From: Nemertoderma westbladi | Lineage: Eukaryota; Animalia; Xenacoelomorpha | Assembly (NCBI GenBank): GCA_032718475.1 | Contig: JAUCBJ010002165.1 | Location: 1 to 39,262 of the forward strand | Direction of reading: 5' to 3' | DNA length: 39,262 nucleotides | Part shown: positions 34,801 through 39,262 of the stretch, piece after piece | Layout of the letters: every line of letters starts with the position of its first letter | Position numbering within the stretch: position 1 is the first letter of the stretch | Notes under the pieces: generated by a model | Databases searched by the model: none | What the model was told of the DNA's origin: nothing | Seen by the model: the letters and a program-made list of their open reading frames with translations, nothing else | Translations under genes and position numbers: made by a program

Positions 34801-35059
34801 TTTTCCTGATTGTTTGAATTTATTGTGCTTCCCAACTTTACTTTCTATATTACATTAATTTATAATATATTTGTATTTCCTGTATATTGACTATTGTTGT
34901 TATATGACAGACATATTTCTATTATAATTCATAATTTTATTTGTACTGTATGTAATTACGTTTTATAAATTGTCCAGTGCATTGTTACATCTTCATCGTT
35001 GAGTCGGACATTGTCACGCTCTCGGTAAAGTTGTACTCAGTGTAATTACGTTTTATATG

Positions 35060-35180
35060 GGTTTTAGGTTAGCGTAGTGTAATATTGTATTTGTAACCAA
35101 GTAACATAAAGGACCCCCTTGGAAATAAGCTGCAAAGCTTTAGGGGTAATCCTATATGTTATGCCATACAATAACATTAA
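35060..35180 (+). mobile_element. Probable L2/Crack-like LINE 3' tail
   Basis: GGACCCCCTTGGAAATAAGCTGCAAAGCTTTAGGGGT stem-loop resembles conserved L2/Crack-type 3' ends (recalled pattern, not searched). Confidence 0.35.
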
Positions 35181-35463
35181 CAATAATTTGGTGTATTGAT
35201 TGTTTTTTCTTACATAGTTTAGAATTAAATCTATACTCGATTTTCCCCTGGTGATGGGTGAAATGGGTTGGTCACGTCCAGAGTCCCACCCCCATACCAG
35301 ATTTAGATTTAGTGGTGTTTAGAATTATCACCGGAACCAGACAGAGTGTGTAGCCTATTGCATTTGCACCGATTCGATTTAATATTTTTTCCAATGTAAT
35401 TGCAAGTGTGAAACAAATTTGAGACAGGGGGGAAACTCGATGCAAAACCCGCCTCGGCGAATT

Positions 35464-35727
35464 AATAAAGTAAAGTAAATTTTCTTCGGCCGCTAGGCCA
35501 GGGATATACGATTTAGTTACAGTGCGGTCCCCCCAGAATTTTACTCCACAGAGGAAACTCCAGTACTCATTTAGCTACCACTTAAGGATGCAAGGCAGAG
35601 ATGCGCCCTGGCTGGTCCCTTTAAAGCATTCGTGCCGAAACGAAAACTGCCCTGGCCCATGTGAGGATCGAACCCACGACCTACGGGAGATGTGAATTCA
35701 ATGCAACCACTACACCAAGGTGGAACC
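35464..35727 (-). mobile_element. tRNA-derived SINE with Deu/Nin-like central domain
   Basis: Minus strand: A box TGGTGTAGTGG, B box GGTTCGATCC, core CTGCCTTGCATCCTTAAGTGGTAGCTAAATGAGTAC, tail (TTTAC)n. Confidence 0.72.
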
Positions 35728-36258
35728 TTATCCCGCCTCAATGTTAAATTCTTAATTTAGGGAAAGGAGCAGGTTACAGTGTCCCATTATTTTAACCAAA
35801 ACAATAAACTAACCACAATAGAACAGGTTACAATTTTATTTTTGAGAGCAATCAGCTGTTAATTGCGTCCAATTTCCCCTGGAGAGGGATACATTTTTAT
35901 TGCGTCCAGTTTCCCCCTATCTGACAAAATAAGGCAACTACAACTGGAGGCATAAAGTTTGGATAATAAATTGAAATGAAAAAATATGTGATTGGTGGTG
36001 TGCCAGGTACAAGTCGAGGCCCAAAGAAACTTATTCAGATACAACAAATCAATCTTGTTAGTCGTAAAGATAACTTATCCTGCAATGTTCTCAAGTTCAT
36101 CGACCTTGAAAATCCGGCAAAGGAAAGTTATTAACTGACCACCATGTTGTTTAAGACAGAAGTATGTCTTATCAATAGCAGTAACTGGCAGGATATAAGC
36201 AGTACTTTTACAGAGTAATAGTAAAAGTAAGTTATCGCAATAAAGCTGCAGCATCTCA

Positions 36259-36368
36259 TTGCTTATTTTGTTGATTGAATTGAGTTTGCTTATTTTGTTG
36301 ATTGAATTGAGTTTGCTTATTTTGTTGATTGAATTGAGTTTGCTTATTTTGTTGATTGAATTGAGTTC
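36259..36368. repeat. 27-bp minisatellite, 4 copies
   Basis: Unit TTGCTTATTTTGTTGATTGAATTGAGT. Confidence 0.9.
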
Positions 36369-37583
36369 GCCTAAGTTGTGGTATTATTTAAAGTTTTTAT
36401 TTATATAATAAATTATTAATGAATAATAATTGTTGTGGGAACTGTTATTTTTAAATATTTGTTATGTAGTGAACAATAACCAACAGACAAAAGTTGCTGC
36501 TCAAATTTTTAGTTGAGCATTAAGGCTTTTATTTGTATAATTCGGATCATACATGCCTATATCATTTTTACTTCTAATAATTCAATAATTGATGTATAGT
36601 GTATATTCAGTTAACAACTTATATCTTGTGTTACTACAACATAAAATACATTTTTTGTACATTATCAATAATTACCATAGTAATATATTATATGATTATG
36701 TCGGTACGGTGTATGAGTCAATTAAACATAATAATTATAAGCAATGAAATAATTCAAAGATAATTAAATTTTTTTCCGAATGTCTAATTGCTCAGCAATG
36801 TATAACCCTACTTGTTATCCCAATTGATAATGAGTTGAAGCCACGTGAAGTATACCAGACTTTTGGATCAGTTTTTAATTTGGTCCAACGGTTCGGAATT
36901 TAAAAGGGCCCAAAGTACATGCAAAAAAATGATTTCAATTTTTCCGCCATTTTTGGATTTTGATATTTCGCCTACCCCCTATTATCGATGATTATTATAA
37001 ACATTTTTGACTTTTAAACTTTTTCAATTAAGTGAATTCTTCATGGTCGAAATCGCGATTTAAAATATTTCATATATTTCGCTAATTATCAGACTTGCGA
37101 TTGTAAGCGCGATACTTTGAACAACATTAGTAGTCTTAGCGGGCTAAATTCCGAACATTCCAAAAATTTCTATATCTCCTGGTCTACTGGGTCTTTTTTG
37201 GAAATTTAAAAACCAGCATGTTGAAAATCATTAATATCTACATCATTATTTCTATCTATATTATTCAGGTTTGGCCCTTGATTTCATTATAAAAAGTAAA
37301 TGAGGGTCCATCAATATATTTAACCAAAATCGACACCTACGATTCGAATAAAAATTACTTTCGGGTGGGTGGGCATTATGCTTTATTCTTTTTACAAAAA
37401 GTTGAACAACTCACTACTACATATTTCTATCGTATATTTTTTAAGGGCCAACTACAATGATTAATAATTAATGGATACTGCGCGCGATGTTTCGAGGGAG
37501 AAAAAACAAGTGTGGTCTCCACACCACGCTTCATGGCAATTACCAATCTATTTTGAATATATATATATTAGCGGGGTCAGCTA

Positions 37584-38351
37584 GGTTTCATTTGAAAGAG
37601 CGCCTTAAAATTAGGCCGGTGGGTACAATAAAAAAAATTTCAAAAATTTTGAGATAGGGCATTCTGCCTTAAGACGGCAGTATTGTTCCCCACTGGCAGA
37701 CGGCCAAGTTCTGTAGGTAGGGTTGAGTACAATGGCAGCATATGATGGTATTGACAGATGGGAGGCCATGAGGAAGTAAATTGCGGACATACAAGGTATC
37801 AGATTTTTTTTAACCGTTGTTACTTCGTTTTGTATTGCAAATTCAAATAGTTATCAAAAGAACAGTACAGCACATACAAAATACAGCACGTAAAAACTAA
37901 ATAATTACTCACCAACCACCACCAGCTGTATTTGACGGCTGCCTAGCAACAAAATTGCTATTTAAACTACCGGTATGTACTGCTGTACTGTGTACTGCCT
38001 ACCACTGCAATGCCATTCAGCCTGTTGGGTCCGAGTTTGCATTAGCCAGGAGAATGGAAGCCTCCGCGATATTGCAGCGGACTGGGCGGCGAGAAGCTGA
38101 TCTACAGCCACGCAGACAGAGCAGCGACGACCTCAGCAACGCAAAACTCAGTCGCCGGCGAACCCAGGTGATACTGTCGGAGTACCGGACCTCCCTTTTG
38201 TCCGCGATCTTGTGGGCCATGCGAGTAACAAACTGCTATCAGATACCGACCGAACTGGTATCAGATAGTATTTCCAGGTCTATTTCACAGGTCATTTACT
38301 GTAATAAGGTACAACATTATGTTGAATAGCGAGGTTCTAAATGTTCTAAGT
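37584..38351. repeat. ~750-bp direct repeat, copy 2, including a second CRE-like fragment (38017-38235, -)
   Basis: Matches 31916-32663, with ~30 bp extra near 37916-37945. Confidence 0.95.
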
Positions 38352-39260
38352 AACAACGGTTAGTACTAAGTAACAACGGTTAGTACTAAGTAACAACGGT
38401 TAGTACTAAGTAACAACGGTTAGTACTAAGTAACAACGGTTAGTACTAAGTAACAACGGTTAGTACAAAGTAACAACGGTTAGTACTAAGTAACAACGGT
38501 TAGTACTAAGTAACAACGGTTAGTACAAAGTAACAACGGTTAGTACTAAGTAACAACGGTTAGTATACTAAGTAACAACGGTTAGTACAAAGTAACAACG
38601 GTTAGTACTAAGTAACAACGGTTAGTACTAAGTAACAACGGTTAGTACTAAGTAACAACGGTTAGTAAAAAGTAACAACGGTTAGTACTAAGTAACAACG
38701 GTTAGTACTAAGTAACAACGGTTAGTACTAAGTAACAACGGTTAGTATACTAAGTAACAACGGTTAGTACAAAGTAACAACGGTTAGTACTAAGTAACAA
38801 CGGTTAGTACTAAGTAACAACGGTTAGTACTAAGTAACAACGGTTAGTAAAAAGTAACAACGGTTAGTACTAAGTAACAACGGTTAGTACTAAGTAACAA
38901 CGGTTAGTAAAAAGTAACAACGGTTAGTACTAAGTAACAACGGTTAGTACTAAGTAACAACGGTTAGTACTAAGTAACAACGGTTAGTACTAAGTAACAA
39001 CGGTTAGTAAAAAGTGACAACGGTTAGTACTAAGTAACAACGGTTAGTACTAAGTAACAACGGTTAGTAAAAAGTAACAACGGTTAGTACTAAGTAACAA
39101 CGGTTAGTACTAAGTAACAACAGTTAGTACTAAGTAACAACGGTTAGTACTAAGTAACAACGGTTAGTACTAAATAACAACGGTTAGTACTAAGTAACAA
39201 CGGTTAGTAAAAAGTAACAACGGTTAGTACTAAGTAACAACGGTTAGTACTAAGTAACAA
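38347..39260. repeat. 20-bp tandem array, ~45 copies, running to the window end
   Basis: Unit TAAGTAACAACGGTTAGTAC; variants GTACAAAG, GTAAAAAG and GTATACTAAG. Confidence 0.97.
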
Positions 39261-39262
39261 TC

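Noticed and set aside
35650-35727. Functional tRNA gene
   Set aside because: A and B boxes are present, but there is no convincing cloverleaf and it continues into a SINE body and tail.
31916-38351. LTR retrotransposon
   Set aside because: No TG..CA termini, PBS/PPT, TSD or gag-pol seen.

Overview
Repeat-rich, AT-rich eukaryotic (invertebrate animal-like) genomic window; no prokaryotic operons or CRISPR array. It holds two recognisable single-ORF genes on the - strand: a divergent Bcl-2 family gene (1965-2522) and MCMBP (16361-18178). MCMBP also has duplicated 3' and 5' fragments. An intact 316-aa ORF of unknown function (33284-34234, +) carries a C-x4-C-x10-C-x-C motif and is followed on the same strand by a complete type I hammerhead ribozyme (34701-34800). 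The rest is tandem arrays (72, 43, 68, ~87, ~60, 27 and two different ~20-bp units) and mobile elements: a Harbinger-type MITE, a 5'-truncated RTE LINE with TSD at the axis of a foldback element, an internally deleted MULE with ~210-bp TIRs, CRE-like and other LINE 3' ends, and tRNA-derived SINEs. The most notable signals are (i) the 31.9-38.4 kb module of direct repeats, satellite, orphan ORF and ribozyme; (ii) a 17 bp-N14-16 bp bipartite motif shared by two different satellites and a solo site; and (iii) a 12-RSS-like arrangement in the 72-bp satellite unit. Family assignments rest on motif recognition by eye; no searches were run.
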